64,000 nucleotides of DNA from Macrostomum lignano (Eukaryota): NCBI GenBank assembly GCA_002269645.1, contig NIVC01000278.1:248001-312000 (forward strand), given 5' to 3'. The translations under genes were made by a program, and so were the position numbers. Under the pieces are notes generated by a model that ran no database searches, had not been told where the DNA came from, and saw nothing but the letters and a program-made list of their open reading frames with translations. Positions 39,436 through 53,430 of the stretch are shown here, piece by piece (the stretch's first letter is position 1; every line of letters starts with the position of its first letter).

Positions 39436-40859
39436 AGAATGGGGTTCCAGCCATAGACAAATTTGGTCGAGACGACAATTCTATATGGATGTTTCTTACC
39501 GACCGACTGTAGTGTCCCTTGTACTTTAGATGCCCATAAGCAGCGGTTGTCCAGCAAATTTGTAGCGTTGAACAAGGATTCAGGTACTCGTAGAATTTAT
39601 ACAAGAAGGCACCTCTTATAAGGTTCTGTAATAGACATTTAAGCAGTACAGTAAAGTACATTTGATAGAAATCTGCAAGTATAGATGTACACTCTGTGTG
39701 AACCATTCTTCAGCAAAAAATTTCATAGATTTGCCTTTGTGTGACGCCAATTTTCTAAACTTTTTTTTCAAATTTCCTAACTTTTAGCTTTGGTGAATTT
39801 AAGAAATAATCTACACTGCCAGAGCCTGTCTGACTTCTACATAGATGATTCATAATCGTCAATTGTCAATAGTTTTAAGGCTACAGAACTTTTATTACAT
39901 GCTAAACTCGTTACTAGCCTACTATAAGTAGACGCATGGTATATTTTAAAAGAATTTTGAGCTACACGATGTTTGTATTTTTAATCGAATTTTTCCATGA
40001 AAACCATGCATAACCATAATATGAGTTGAAGCTTTAAGATTTCAAAGCAGAGCAGAAGTCAAAAATGAGAAATAAAACAGTACAAATTCACAAACATTAT
40101 GGATTTACGTTCTTCGTCACTTTATACTTGTGTGTACAAGTAATTGCAGACTCACCCAATTACCTCGTGCAAATCTCTGCAAGCAACTGATCGTAAGAAT
40201 TGAATATCCTGAAGTGGATTTCGGATGCTTACGCATTGAATCCCATGCAGACGAAGTTACGCTCCCCACTTCCCACCATGCAGTCTCTGACAGAATCCCA
40301 AGATCTATGCAGCCACCCATGTTACGCAACAGCAGAGAATGAGGAGGATGGAGAGGAAAACTAAGTTTTGTCCGGTCTTCCCGTTTTTACTCCGGTTTCG
40401 TCCCAGTCTCTCTCTCTCTCTCTCTCTCTCGCCTCTTTGACCCCCGGGTTCCGGAGCGATGTCCAACATTCTTGTTGCACACGTCAGGCAGGAGAAAATT
40501 TTGATAGCCATCACAGCGCGCGTCCTTCAATCTTATCTACATGAACTTGGGCTCGTCATTTGCACTGCAAAAATGTTAATTAAGCAATGAAGAGAGCTGT
40601 AAAACTGCAGGTTGCGTCATAGCTGCAGCCGGGGCAAAGGTCTGATCGACACCTTAACAACGCTCCTCCTCAAGAGACAAGCGCTCTGCTATGTATGCAC
40701 GACTTGAACTGAAACAACTCCCCAGACTCGAATTTCTTTTGAAATATGTTTCTGAAAAAACTGGATTCTAAATCCTCATGTAGATCTGTGAGGCCTACCA
40801 GAATTGTAAATAGTCTTATTAATTGTGAATCCTACTCGGAGCTGTGAATAATCTTTCTG

Positions 40860-41250
40860 GGGGTGTGAATCCGGCCTCTCTCTGGCTCTGGTCCTCTGGA
40901 GGTGTGAATCTCTCTCTCTGGTGGTGTGAATCCTCTCTCTGGGATTGTGAATCCTGTTTCTGGGGGTTGAATCCTCTCTCTGGGGTGTGAATCCTCTCAT
41001 TGGGGAGTGTGAATCCTCTCTCTGTGGTGTGAATCCTCTCATTTGGGAGTGTGAATCCTCTCTCTGGGGTATGAATCCTCTCATTGGGGAGTGTGAATCC
41101 TCTCTCTGTGGTGTGAACCCTCTCATTGGGGAGTGTGAATCCTCTCTCTGGGATTGTGAATCCTGTTTCTGGAGGGTTAATCCGGCTTCTGGGGGTGTGA
41201 ATCCTCTCTCTGGGGTGTGAATCCTCTCATTGGGGAGTGTGAATCATCTT
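40860..41250. repeat. Minisatellite
   Basis: gtgtgaatcctctc-based units. Confidence 0.85.
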
Positions 41251-42049
41251 GAAGGAGGAGTTTTGAACCCTACTTAGTTTAGATCACTTCTTATAAAAAA
41301 AAGTGTGGAGAACTCCCTAGAGTTCAAAAGGTTAAGAAACCAAGGCTTTACAAGAATAAGAATAAGAATGAGAAAGGATGCGGCCTTCCTGTTTGCCAAC
41401 ACCAAAACCCGGACACGTGTCGTTCCCTCACCCCTCCGATCCACTTTTTTTCACCTGTGCTTACAGCTGCAAAAATATACAGCTAGCTGACTACCTGTTT
41501 CGCTTTTTCTTCATCATTAATTCTTAAGCAGATATTCTCAATTGTTGAGGCGCAGCTGAAGACTGGAGCTGGAGCAATATCTCCTTATAGTAAATCATCT
41601 GTGCACACAGGACATTGGCAACCTTGAAAAGGTTATGCAATCAGATTTGGCCTGGTGGTTTGGGACTGCATGGGCGACCTATGGTGGACGCATTGGGTGG
41701 AATGGGAGTTTTATAGACTCTTCCTTATCTTATACAAAGGTGTGGGAGGGGCAGGTGAGAATTGTACACAATGAGGAGGGGTGTCTGAGGCATGCCATGC
41801 AGCCCCTGTGACAGCTGTCATGTCATGGCGTGCAAACAGAGACCGTGCAAAACGCCTGTAATTATCTCCATCTTTCTTGCAATTGAAGAGTTGATAGAAA
41901 AAGGAGAAATATGAATTATTGTTGTTGTCGCGTGTGGGCTGTTCGAAAATTCCTCAACTTTTCATTGCGTCGCCTTGTCTGTTTGATTAATGAGAACGTT
42001 TGCGAATTGATAAAAATAGTTTTAAAAAATTCAGAGTGCATACCCTGGA

Positions 42050-42780
42050 GACTATCTAGATACTCTGTGACTGATCTAGATACCTGGAACGGGTCTAGAT
42101 ACCCTGGAACCGATCTAGATACCCTGGAAAATATCTAGATACCCCGGAACTGAAGTAGATACCCAGGAACTTATATATAGATACCCAGGAACAGATCCAG
42201 ATACCCTGGAACTGATATAAATACCCTGGAGCCTAGCGAGATACCCTGAAACGGATCTAGATACCTTGAAAGCTTATCTAGATACCCCGAAGCTGATATA
42301 GATACCCTGGAACGAATCTAAATACCCTGGAACTGATCTAGATACAATGTAACCGATCTAGATACCCTGGGACAGATATAGATACCCTGAGACCGATCTA
42401 GATACCCTGGGACAGATATAGATACCCTGAGACCGATATAGATACCCTGGAACCGATCTAGATACCCTATAACCGATCTCGATAGCCTAGAACCGATCTA
42501 GATACCCTAGAACCGATCTAGATACCCTAGAACCGATCTAGATACCCTAGAACCGATCTAGATACCCTAGAACCGATCTAGATACCCTAGAACCGATCTA
42601 GATACCCTAGAACCGATCTAGATACCCTGGAACCGATCTAGATATCCTGAACCCGATCTAAACACCCTAGAACCGATCTCGATAGCCTAGAACCGATCTA
42701 GATACCCTAGAACCGATCTAGATACCCCAGAACCGATCTAGATATCCCAGAACCGATCTAGATACCCCAGAACCGATATA
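42050..42780. repeat. 20-bp minisatellite
   Basis: (gataccctagaaccgatcta)n. Confidence 0.92.
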
Positions 42781-44324
42781 TGAGTACCTGAAACCTGTTG
42801 CCCACATGTAGATACCCATGCCACCCCTCCTGGATTACTTCGACAACTGGGCCCACGAAATACCGTAGTACCTCTTTAAGTCAATACCCCAGCAGTCCTA
42901 CGAATATCTGATCGCTCCAAAAGAGATCCTCCTCAGTGGTCACAGATAGAATTATAGATTAATTATTATAGATCCGCTAGCGCGAAAGTGAACTCAAACC
43001 TGAGATTAGAAAACCGCACAGCATTTTTGTCACAATGCAGTAACTTCAAAAAACCACTCCAATAAACCCCAAACCCCCAATCAAGTTTATAACCGCTGAC
43101 TCAAAACAGTCGCGTACATATAAGAAACTTAACGAAACCTATATAGGAGCGAAAGTCTGCGTGAGTAGCCCAGTGAGAAAATAAAAGTAAGTTCAGAGCG
43201 AGTGAAAGAGTGAGTAACGCAGGAGAAAATTTCTGAGAGGAAGCCGACTGAAGAATGAAAGAGGGGCAAAGCTGAGAGGAGGAGAGAGAGGAAGGAAGGA
43301 AGCTCTCGGGAGCAGCAGTCGGAGAAGAATAAAGAAAAGTAGAAAAAAAAAATGAGAATAGAAAATAGAAAGGCGAAAAGTCGTTAGCAATATCAAGGAG
43401 GTCCAGAACCAGCAGTTGGAGTAACAGCAGCTGTCGTTTACACACAAAAGATAGTCAAGTCGCTTCGTCATATTTCACAAAATTTATCATAACTTCATTT
43501 TGGTAAAACCGATTTTTGTAAACTTGGTGTCATCTTAAAGCTGAATAACATTTTCAACACTTGAGTAAAAAATCTTTGCATTCTGAGCAACATGCTGTGA
43601 GCTGGTGTTGTCACAATTTTTGAAAAAGTCGACATTTTTCACACTTTACCAGATAGGACATCGAAAGCGGCGCTGTGATGCAAACAAACCTTCGACGTAC
43701 AGAAAGAAGATGCACGGTTTTCGTGGTCAATAACGAACTGAAATCATTCACTAGGGCCTACTCCTATATTTCTCCAAGTTTTAGTTTGATTCGGTCTCCA
43801 TGGCTAAATGTATACAATAGTAGAGCGCTTTGCTCCCGGGTCCTGGACCGCTGCGCCCGCCTGCTCTCAATTGTTCCCCAAGCACCGATACAAATCGATG
43901 GCGGCAGAGTTTGCTTAATTACTAAACTAAAAAAACTGTTTTCTTAATACATGCGCGTATAGCTTCTGATGTCCGTTGGGTTCTCTGACTCACTCTTCGC
44001 CTTTCAGTCCCTGCAGCAGGACCAAATCTTGGATCCCAAATCCCAAATGCTCGCGACTCATCTATGGAGCGGCTCTCGGCTTGAAGAGAAGAAGACGGGA
44101 TGGCCTTTCTAGAGCAATTATGAATGCTCCGCGACCAACCAGACGGGAGTGGCCAGTGGAGACCCCCTCATGGCTAATCCGATTTCCGAAAACTCGAAGG
44201 CTGGGGCCAAGCATGATTTTGTCGGGGAGTTTTTCTGGGCGTGAAAAACTTTATCGATCTTTAAAGTTGTGCTCATTAGGACTCGAGCACCAGCGCTCCA
44301 TTCTCATCTGTCTCACTGTCTGTG

Positions 44325-44328
44325 GCTA

Positions 44329-44408
<80 letters not shown>
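44325..44408. repeat. (TCTG)n microsatellite
   Basis: Direct reading. Confidence 0.95.
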
Positions 44409-44412
<4 letters not shown>

Positions 44413-45289
44413 GTACCGCCCCTTCAGACTGCGTATCTAGCAGTAAACTATTCCACTCCCTCACGTGCCACTCGTTCATTCATCTTATTCCAGTGCTCAG
44501 AATTTCAAAGGGATGGCGCTGCAATCAAATCGAGGGAGGAAGGGGAGAGCAAAATGGGGAGTTACACCAGAAATGAGTCACCCATCCCCACCACTCGCGA
44601 TTTCATTTCAGCCTGGCAGAATCCTCTGAGATGATCAGAGAGTCCTGCCCCCCCTACCCTCTTCATCTCCTCCAGCGCGCCCTCAGTCTCAACCGGTCAG
44701 CCAGGGTCCAGCATCCAGAATGACCCAATTTCGATCAGCCTCTCCTGGCTTCATCGAAAGCATCCGTGTCTAATATTGCGTTGTATAGAAAAGTTGAAAA
44801 AAATATGGTTCCAAACTGCTTATCATAGACAGTTATATGCAGGCTGTCACTCATTTTGGTGCATGGTGGAGCTGATTTCGTGGGGTCTGGGGGCGGAGGA
44901 CTGATTAATATTCCTTAATCCCGAAGTGGGGAGCTTTTCAATCTGCTTTCTGCACAGAGGGAGGCTCGTGAGAGACAAGCTAAGCTTGGCTATAAGGGGA
45001 GGCTTAGAGACTACGGAATGACGGCTTACTCGAACTTGTCCCCCGCAGCGATAATACTGGCTCGGATATCTGAGGTGAGAACAGTCATATTCAACTGTTC
45101 TGGCTGGGGCATTATTGAGTCCCTTTAACTCAGTTTTGGAGCTGAGAGAACTGATTGACCGATTGAAGGGTGTGAATAATTGTTTCGCATGGGACACTTT
45201 AGCCTTTCTGGGCAATCACTCGATGCAGTTATCGTTGCCTGTTCTTTCCGCCAGTCATTATCTGGTCATCTCTGTGTCACGCTATTGTT

Positions 45290-47790
45290 CTCTCTGGCAC
45301 TCTCTCTGTCACTCTCTCTCTGTCACTCTCTCTGTCACTCTCTCTCTGTCACTCTCTCTGTCAATCTCTCTGACACTCTCTCTGTCAATCTCTCTGTCAC
45401 TCTCTCTGTCACTCTCTCTGTCACTCTCTCTGTCTCTCTCTTCTGTCACTCTCTCTGTCACTCTCTCTGTCACTCTCTCTGTCACTCTCTCTGTCTCTCT
45501 CTTCTGTCACTCTCTCTGTCACTCTCTCTGTCACTCTCTCTGACACTCTCTCTGTCAATCTCTCTGTCACTCTCTCTGTCACTCTCTCTGTCACTCTCTC
45601 TGTCTCTCTCTTCTGTCACTCTCTCCGTCACTCTCTCTGTCACTCTCTCTGTCACTCTCTCTGTCACTCTCTCTGTCACTCTCTCTCTGTCACTCTCTCT
45701 GTCACTCTCTCCTGTCACTCTCTCTGTCACTCTCTCAGTCTCTCTCTGTCACTCTCTCTGTCATTTTCTCTGTCTCTCTCTGTCACTCTTTCTGTCACTC
45801 TCTCTGTCTCTCTCTTCTGTCACTCTCTCAGTCTCTCTCTGTCACTCTCTCTGTCACTCTCTCTGTCACTCTCTCCTGTCACTCTCTCTGTCACTCTCTC
45901 AGTCTCTCTCTGTCACTCTCTCTGTCTCTCTCTTCTGTCACTCTCTCTGTCACTCTCTCTGTCACTCTCTCTGTCACTCTCTCTGTCACTCTCTCTCTGT
46001 CACTCTCTCTGTCACTCTCTCCTGTCACTCTCTCTGTCACTCTCTCAGTCTCTCTCTGTCACTCTCTCTGTCATTTTCTCTGTCTCTCTCTGTCACTCTC
46101 TCTGTCACTCTCTCAGTCTCTCTCTGTCACTCTTTCAGTCTCTCTCTGTCACTCTCTCAGTCTCTCTCTGTCACTCTCTCTGTCATTTTCTCTGTCACTC
46201 TCTCTCTGTCACTCTCTCTGTCACTCTCTCTGTCACTCTCTCTCTGTCACTCTCTCTGTCAATCTCTCTGACACTCTCTCTGTCAATCTCTCTGTCACTC
46301 TCTCTGTCACTCTCTCTGTCACTCTCTCTCTGTCACTCTCTCTGTCACTCTCTCTCTGTCACTCTCTCTGTCACTCTCTCTGTCACTCTCTCTGTCACTC
46401 TCTCTGTCACTCTCTCTCTGTCACTCTCTCTGTCACTCTCTCTCTGTCACTCTCTCTGTCACTCTCTCTGTCACTCTTTCTGTCACTCTCTCCTGTCACT
46501 CTCTCTGTCACTCTTTCTGTCACTCTCTCCTGTCACTCTCTCTGTCACTCACTCTGTCACTCTCTCTGTCACTCACTCTGTCACTCTCTTAGTCTCTCTC
46601 TGTCACTCACTCTGTCACTCTCTTAGTCTCTCTCTGTCACTCACTCTGTCACTCTCTTAGTCTCTCTCTGTCACTCTCTCTGTCACTCTCTCTGTCACTC
46701 ACTCTGTCACTCTCTTAGTCTCTCTCTGTCACTCACTCTGTCACTCTCTTAGTCTCTCTCTGTCACTCTCTCAGTCTCTCAGTCACTCTTTCTATCTCTC
46801 TCTTCTGTCACTCTCTCCTGTCACTCTCACTGTCACTCTCTCTGTCACTCACTCTGTCACTCTCTTAGTCTCTCTCTGTCACTCTCTCAGTCTCTCAGTC
46901 ACTCTTTCTGTCTCTCTCTTCTGTCACTCTCTCCTGTCACTCTCTCTGTCACTCTCTCAGTCTCTCAGTCACTCTTTCTGTCACTCTCTCTGTAACTCTC
47001 TCTGTCACTCTCTCTGTCACTCACTCTGTCACTCTCTCTGTCACTCACTCTGTCACTCTCTTAGTCTCTCTCTGTCACTCTCTCTGTCACTCTCTCTGTC
47101 ACTCACTCTGTCACTCTCTTAGTCTCTCTCTGTCACTCTCTCAGTCTCTCAGTCACTCTTTCTATCTCTCTCTTCTGTCTCTCTCTTCTGTCACTCTCTC
47201 CTGTCACTCTCTCTGTCACTCTCTCAGTCTCTCAGTCACTCTTTCTGTCACTCTCTCTGTAACTCTCTCTGTCACTCTCTCTGTCACTCTCTCTGTCACT
47301 CACTCTGTCACTCTCTCTGTCACTCACTCTGTCACTCTCTTAGTCTCTCTCTGTCACTCTCTCTGTCACTCTCTCTGTCACTCACTCTGTCACTCTCTTA
47401 GTCTCTCTCTGTCACTCTCTCAGTCTCTCAGTCACTCTTTCTATCTCTCTCTTCTGTCACTCTCTCCTGTCACTCTCACTGTCACTCTCTCTGTCACTCA
47501 CTCTGTCACTCTCTTAGTCTCTCTCTGTCACTCTCTCAGTCTCTCAGTCACTCTTTCTGTCACTCTCTCCTGTCACTCTCTCTGTCACTCTTTCAGTCTC
47601 TCAGTCACTCTCTCTGTCACTCTCTCTGTCACTCTCTCAGTCTCTCAGTCACTCTCTCTGTCACTCTCTCTGTAACTCTCTCTGTCACTCTCTCTGTCGT
47701 TCTCTCTGTCTCTCTCTTCTGTCACTCTCTCTGTCACTCTCTCTGTCATTCTCTCGGTCACTCTCGCTGTGACTATCTGTCTCTCTGTCA
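45290..47790. repeat. 2.5 kb satellite
   Basis: (gtcactctctct)n with higher-order variants. Confidence 0.97.
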
Positions 47791-48699
47791 TTCTCTTCGT
47801 CACTCACATTCCCTCATTGACTTCTAATCAACTAACTATCGATCTATCTATCCAACTATCCTTGAGTTGAAGCATCAGCTCGGCTCTCGCATCCACAGCA
47901 GCAGTGCGGCCATGAAGGTGCCGAAAGATGCTCCCTTAACTTGCCTCGCAACTGCATGAAGCCAAAGAGATGATTTAATAATTAATTCACCAGACTGTCG
48001 AGAGACAGAGAAAGAGGTGAAAGCAGGACAAAGAGGGGATTTTGTTGGTGAGGGGGGGGAAGTGAAACGAAGGAAGGCCTGCAGAAAATGTGCCGAAATG
48101 CTCCGGCCATTTGGTGCGGCCGTGTCAGCCGCATCATCCGCCCAGCTTCCAGCCCCATCCCCCCAGCCAAGCAGTCGTCACCTGCGGTTGCCTCTGCATC
48201 ATCTCCCAGCAACTAATGACCCGGCTAAGCCTCCCGTGAACCCCGCCTTTCCTGCAGCAGCAACTCCCGCCTTCTCTTCCGCCAGCTGCTTGGCTGAATG
48301 GGAAAAGCCAAAGGGGATTTAAGAACCCTACGAGCTGCAAAGTATGAAGAATTATGGGAGGTGAAAAAAATTAGTCAAAAATTATGCCCTAGCAACTCGG
48401 GGGATTGCGTAATCTTTCTTATATTAGCAAGTTTTGCACAGTTTTGCTTGCAATGCAAAGAGGCATTGCAATATCATGTAAAATTGGTATCAATTATTCA
48501 ATTGGCCAGCGCCGGGATATAAAGATACCTGCAATATATGCTTTTCCTGCTGTGCTGTTCATCAGGATAGGTTAAAGTGGGATCAGTGTTAGTCATCTAA
48601 AATGTGCGAATTTTAGGAACAATCACTTGTAATAAATAGGACCCATTCACCTTGAGTATTACTCAGCCAGCCAAATAAATTATGCTGCTCCGTACTCAA

Positions 48700-49710
48700 T
48701 CTCAACCCCAATTCCTATTCAATCTCCCCCCAATCCCTACTCGATCTCACCCTAATCTCTACTCAATCTCACTCTAATCTCTACTCAATCTCACTCTAAT
48801 CTCTACTCAATCTCACCTTAATCCCCACTCAATCTCACCTTAATCCCCACTCAATCTCACCTTAATCCCTACTCAATCTCACCCCCAATCCCTACTCAAT
48901 CTCACCTTAATCCCTACTCAATCGCACCCCTAATCCCTACTCAATCTCACCCCAATCCCTACTCAATCTCACCCCTAATCCCTACTCAATCTCACCCCCA
49001 ATCTCTACTTAATCTCACTCCCAATCACTACTCAATCTCACCCTCAATCCCTACTCAATCTCACCCTCAATCTCACCCCCTATCACTATTCAATCTCACC
49101 CCCAATCCCTACTCAATCTCACCCTCAATCCCTACTCAATCTCACCCTCAATCTCACCCCCTATCACTATTCAATCTCACTCCCAATCCCTACTCAATCT
49201 CACCCCAATCCCTACTCAATCTCAACCCCAATCCCTACTCAATCTCACCTCCAATCTCTACTTAATCTCACTCCCAATCCCTACTCATCTCACCCTCAAT
49301 CCCTACTCAATCTCACACTCAATCTCATCCCCAATCCCTACTCAATCTCACCCCCTATCACTATTCAATTTCCCCCAATTCCTACTCAATCTCACCCTCA
49401 ATCCCTACTCAATCTCACACTCAATCCTTACTCAATCTCACCCCCTATCACTATTCAATTTCCCCCCCAATTCCTACTCAATCTCACCCTCAATCCCTAC
49501 TCAATCTCACCCTCAATCCTTACTCAATCTCACCCCCTATCACTATATCAATCTCTCCCCCCAATCCCCACTCAATCTCACCCCAATCGCTGCTCAATCC
49601 CACCCTAATCTCTACTCAATCTGCCCCAATCCCTACTCGATCTCACCCTAAACTCTACTCAATCTCACCCCAATCCCTACTCAATCTCACCCCATCGCTA
49701 CTCGATCTCA
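48700..49710. repeat. ~22-bp minisatellite
   Basis: (ctactcaatctcacccccaatc)n. Confidence 0.92.
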
Positions 49711-50754
49711 CCCACAACCTACTTTTCGAGACACGAGATGTCTCAATCTTCGCTATTCTACTCAAGAAGGATGGTGAGAACTGACACTATAAAGGTATCG
49801 TCGTGTCAACTCCCGCAAACACTCTCTGGGTTTGCCGTGAAGCACTTCACTCCGACAACATTCTGGAGGAGGCTGTGTAAGCACGAAAAGTTGACTTAAA
49901 AAAAGGGGAAGCTGCTCTATTGCCGCCTATTGAGTTCTTCTTGGCCAAATTTTGCCTGGAGAGTCTGGAGAAGCAGCGCATTCAAGTCCTTAGTTCCCTA
50001 TACTGGCAATACATGTACATAAGACGGCCGCCTGCGAAATGTCGGTTGTTTCTATATCTTATGTACATTTTTTCTATGAGACATTGTCTATGGTAGAATC
50101 TCATTCAGCACTCTGCAAAAACACTCTTCAAAAAAAACTGAAAGAAAGCTTAGATCGCCCGAGTCCAGACACTTAGTTCAAGTTGTCCATGGCTTGAACT
50201 TCAGAGGGGGATGACCTGGGCCCCCGGTGAAGCTGGAGCTATAGATAGGAAATCGATACACTTCCTTGGCGCGCTTCAATTTTGCAATTTGGCTGCTAAG
50301 TGGAAGCTCTCTTTCGAATCCCCTTCGTCCTTACTTATTTCATTCCCCTCTCATGTTGCCGCCCAACCCTTGTGTCTTCTCAAAGTCGCTTCTCGAAAGC
50401 TCTCTATACACTCAACCGACCTTGGACCCCGGACTGGCATGCAGTTTTGCCTTATTTACTTTAACTTACTTGATCCTGCAGTCAGCTGATGTTATATATT
50501 GTTGAACTAGCTGACTCGATTGGGCTTTTTTGCAGCACTTTCTCTGATCGATGGTTTTTATCCAATCAGATCGGTTTGATGCAGTTGTCTCCAATCAAAT
50601 TCATTATTTCATTCCTACGAAATGCACTTGACTGAGGCATTAAGAGTCGCTTCAGTTTGCTAACCTTCTTTCGGGGTTCTTTGTGTTTGGCGATTGTTGT
50701 TTTTGTTGTTGTTGTTTTGGAACGATGAATATTTATAACTCCAATTGCGTTACT

Positions 50755-51065
50755 CTCTTTGATGTCACTGTTTGGGTCAGTCTCTAGGATGTCACTCTCT
50801 ATGTCACTGTTTTGGTCAGTCTCTAAGATGTCACTCTCTATGTCACTGTTTGGGTCAGTCTCTAAGATGTCACTCTCTATGTCACTGTTTGGGTCACCCT
50901 TATAAGATGTCACTCTGTCACTGTTTGGGTCACTCTTTAGGAGTCACTCCCTATGTCAATGTTTAGTTCACCCTTCTAAGATGTCACTCTGTCACTGTTC
51001 GGGTCACTCTCTAGGATGTCACTCTCTATGTCAGCATCACTCACTGTCACAATCGCACTGTCACT
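50755..51065. repeat. 39-bp tandem repeat
   Basis: gatgtcactctctatgtcactgtttgggtcagtctctaa. Confidence 0.85.
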
Positions 51066-53139
51066 CTCTGTATTGGGTTTTGCACACCTAAACTACGGTT
51101 ACACTAGCAGCACCTTACAGAATCTTCCCATTTTTCTCTAGCTAGTGAGTTCAAATTAGAGAAGCGACACACAATAGGCATAACAATCGATCAATAATTT
51201 ACTAAACACCTGTAAAGGCGAGAGAAAGGAGCCTTGGACTGAAGCAATTTGCGAGGTTAATCACTAATTTATTCATAAGCCAAGACTAGCTGCCTCATGT
51301 AATGGCGAAGAGGTGGCAAAAGTGTGTTACCATGCATCAAGCCCTTGAATATGCAATTGTAAAGAAATCGTTTTTTCCGTAACCAATTGCATTTTGCTCG
51401 ATACATCGGATATGTACTGATAATGCATACTGCTCCGAGCTGACAGTAGTTAACTATAGTACTAATCAACGCACAAAGCAAGTACGATCAATCAATATGG
51501 ATAGCTGGAATCCATGTAAGGGACGTATATAACAGCCACGCCCTAGTACGGTTCTCGTCTCAACTGGTGGTTGCAGATGCAAGTTGCGTCACAAAGCCCC
51601 AGCTTAGGCTGGTGTGAGGAAAGAGTGGAGAGTTATGGTTAGAGTTGGATTAAAGTTGCCACTTTTTGACCGCTGGTTTCTGGGTGTTGTTGGAGAAATG
51701 AGACAAGAAACTCGCAGAAAAAGGCTGAGCAACCAAAGTGTCGCAGCATGATCGTCAACTCCTGACTCTGAATCGCACTCCACTTCAGTCGAACTCCAAT
51801 AGCATCCAAATGATCGGATATTGATTTATATTTAATTTGCGTCCACTTTCTATTGGTCCTTTGTTCGTGTTGAATGCAGCTGCGCAGCATTTTTTGGAGC
51901 TGGTGCATCGCTGCATGCAATTCACCTTGATTCGTTCGAGATCCTCGAGATCGAGATCCATCTAGTGTTATATTAGAATCTGTGATGTGCTATAAGGAAC
52001 GCTATATAGTTGAATGGGGCTTAATACCATAAACCAATTTTATCGAGAAAAGTCCTCACGATAGAAAAATCTGATTTACGTTCTGATTCGAGAACGTTCT
52101 ACGTTTGCCAGTCGACGTTTGCCAGCCAGATGTTTCTAAGAATTTCTTTAGCGTCCTTCTTATAATTCAGAACTGTCCGATGATACTCATCGGAATTTTC
52201 ATGTTTCAGTTAGCACAGCGCCTATACTAAGGATTTGCCATAGACAGTCTCGGCGTTTCACCATAGACATTTCCCCTTCTATGTTGACCAAAGACATTCC
52301 CCAAGCTTTAATTCGCGGAGCTTTAACAAGCCTAAGTCTGACGAAAATTACATTTTCTCGACTAAATTTGTCTATGGTAGAACTTTGTGAAATCTAAATT
52401 GATTTTTATGAATTTTTTTAGACTCTCACCCGAGCGTTTGGGTTGTCTAAGGCCCATCAGGCTATAGTTGCGATGGTTCTGACATTCCATCCTATTTCCA
52501 TTTGCATGCTTCACTCTCAGTGCGTGAAGTACAGTCGCGGCACAATGAGGGAAGGGGGTTGCCCGCCCTTGGCTGCTCATAGCGCCTGAAAAATTGAGCA
52601 GAACAGGAGCTGCCAACGCCAACATGACTGCATGGTCGCGCGTCTCCCCATCACACCTGAGAATCTGGCTTGGACAGTTGCTACATGTGATGATGTTGGG
52701 GAGTTTTTTGTGGAATATAGAGCAGGAAAACAGCAATGCAGTCACATGAGGTGAACGGGCCACACTCCCTGTTCTCTCTCAATCGTCAATAGCGCTTTAT
52801 ACCTGCAGAGCTCCATCTAACGGATTGGATAATTTATTGAGGCTATTATAATGCTCTATAAGCTTCATGCTTTAACAATTGACAGTTCCTGCAGATGTGC
52901 ATGCAAGGTGGGGGGGGATGTTGTGTGCAGCATGCAGTTAATCTGTCGCCAGTTAGTTCAAACAGTTAAGTTTGCACGGCGCATTTTAGAGCTGACTCCA
53001 CACCCACACGTAAGGGAGGATTTGGAGGGAATAAAGTGTATAGGGATAGGGAAGTGTGGTCATTATGGCTAAACTGCTATCATGCCAAAGGGATAGTGTT
53101 GGCTATAGCTTTTTTCCAGTTTGCAATGATTGAAAAAAA

Positions 53140-53430
53140 GAGGGTAGAGAGAGGATAGAGAGAGGGAAGAGATGGTAGAGAGAGGGTAAGGAGAGGGTAG
53201 AGAGAGCGTAGAGAGAGGGTAGAGAGAAGGAAAGCGAGAGGGAGAGGGAGAGAAAGAGGGAGAGGGCGAGAATGAGGGAGAGGGAGAGGGAGAGGGAGAG
53301 GGATAGGGAGAGGGAGAGGGAGAGGGAGAGGGAGAGGGAGAGGGAGAGGGATAGGGAGAGGGAGAGGGAGAGGGAGAGGGAGAGGGAGAGGGAGAGGGAG
53401 AGGGAGAGGGAGAGGTAGAGGGAGAAGGAG
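53140..53430. repeat. (GGGAGA)n
   Basis: Direct reading. Confidence 0.95.

Noticed and set aside
43976-45250. Retroelement or exon candidates (GLAM-like string; ccccgcag|...|gtgaga micro-exon near 45049-45074)
   Set aside because: No consistent reading frame or partner exons
47982-48340. GC-rich ORFs
   Set aside because: No recognisable domain or splice context
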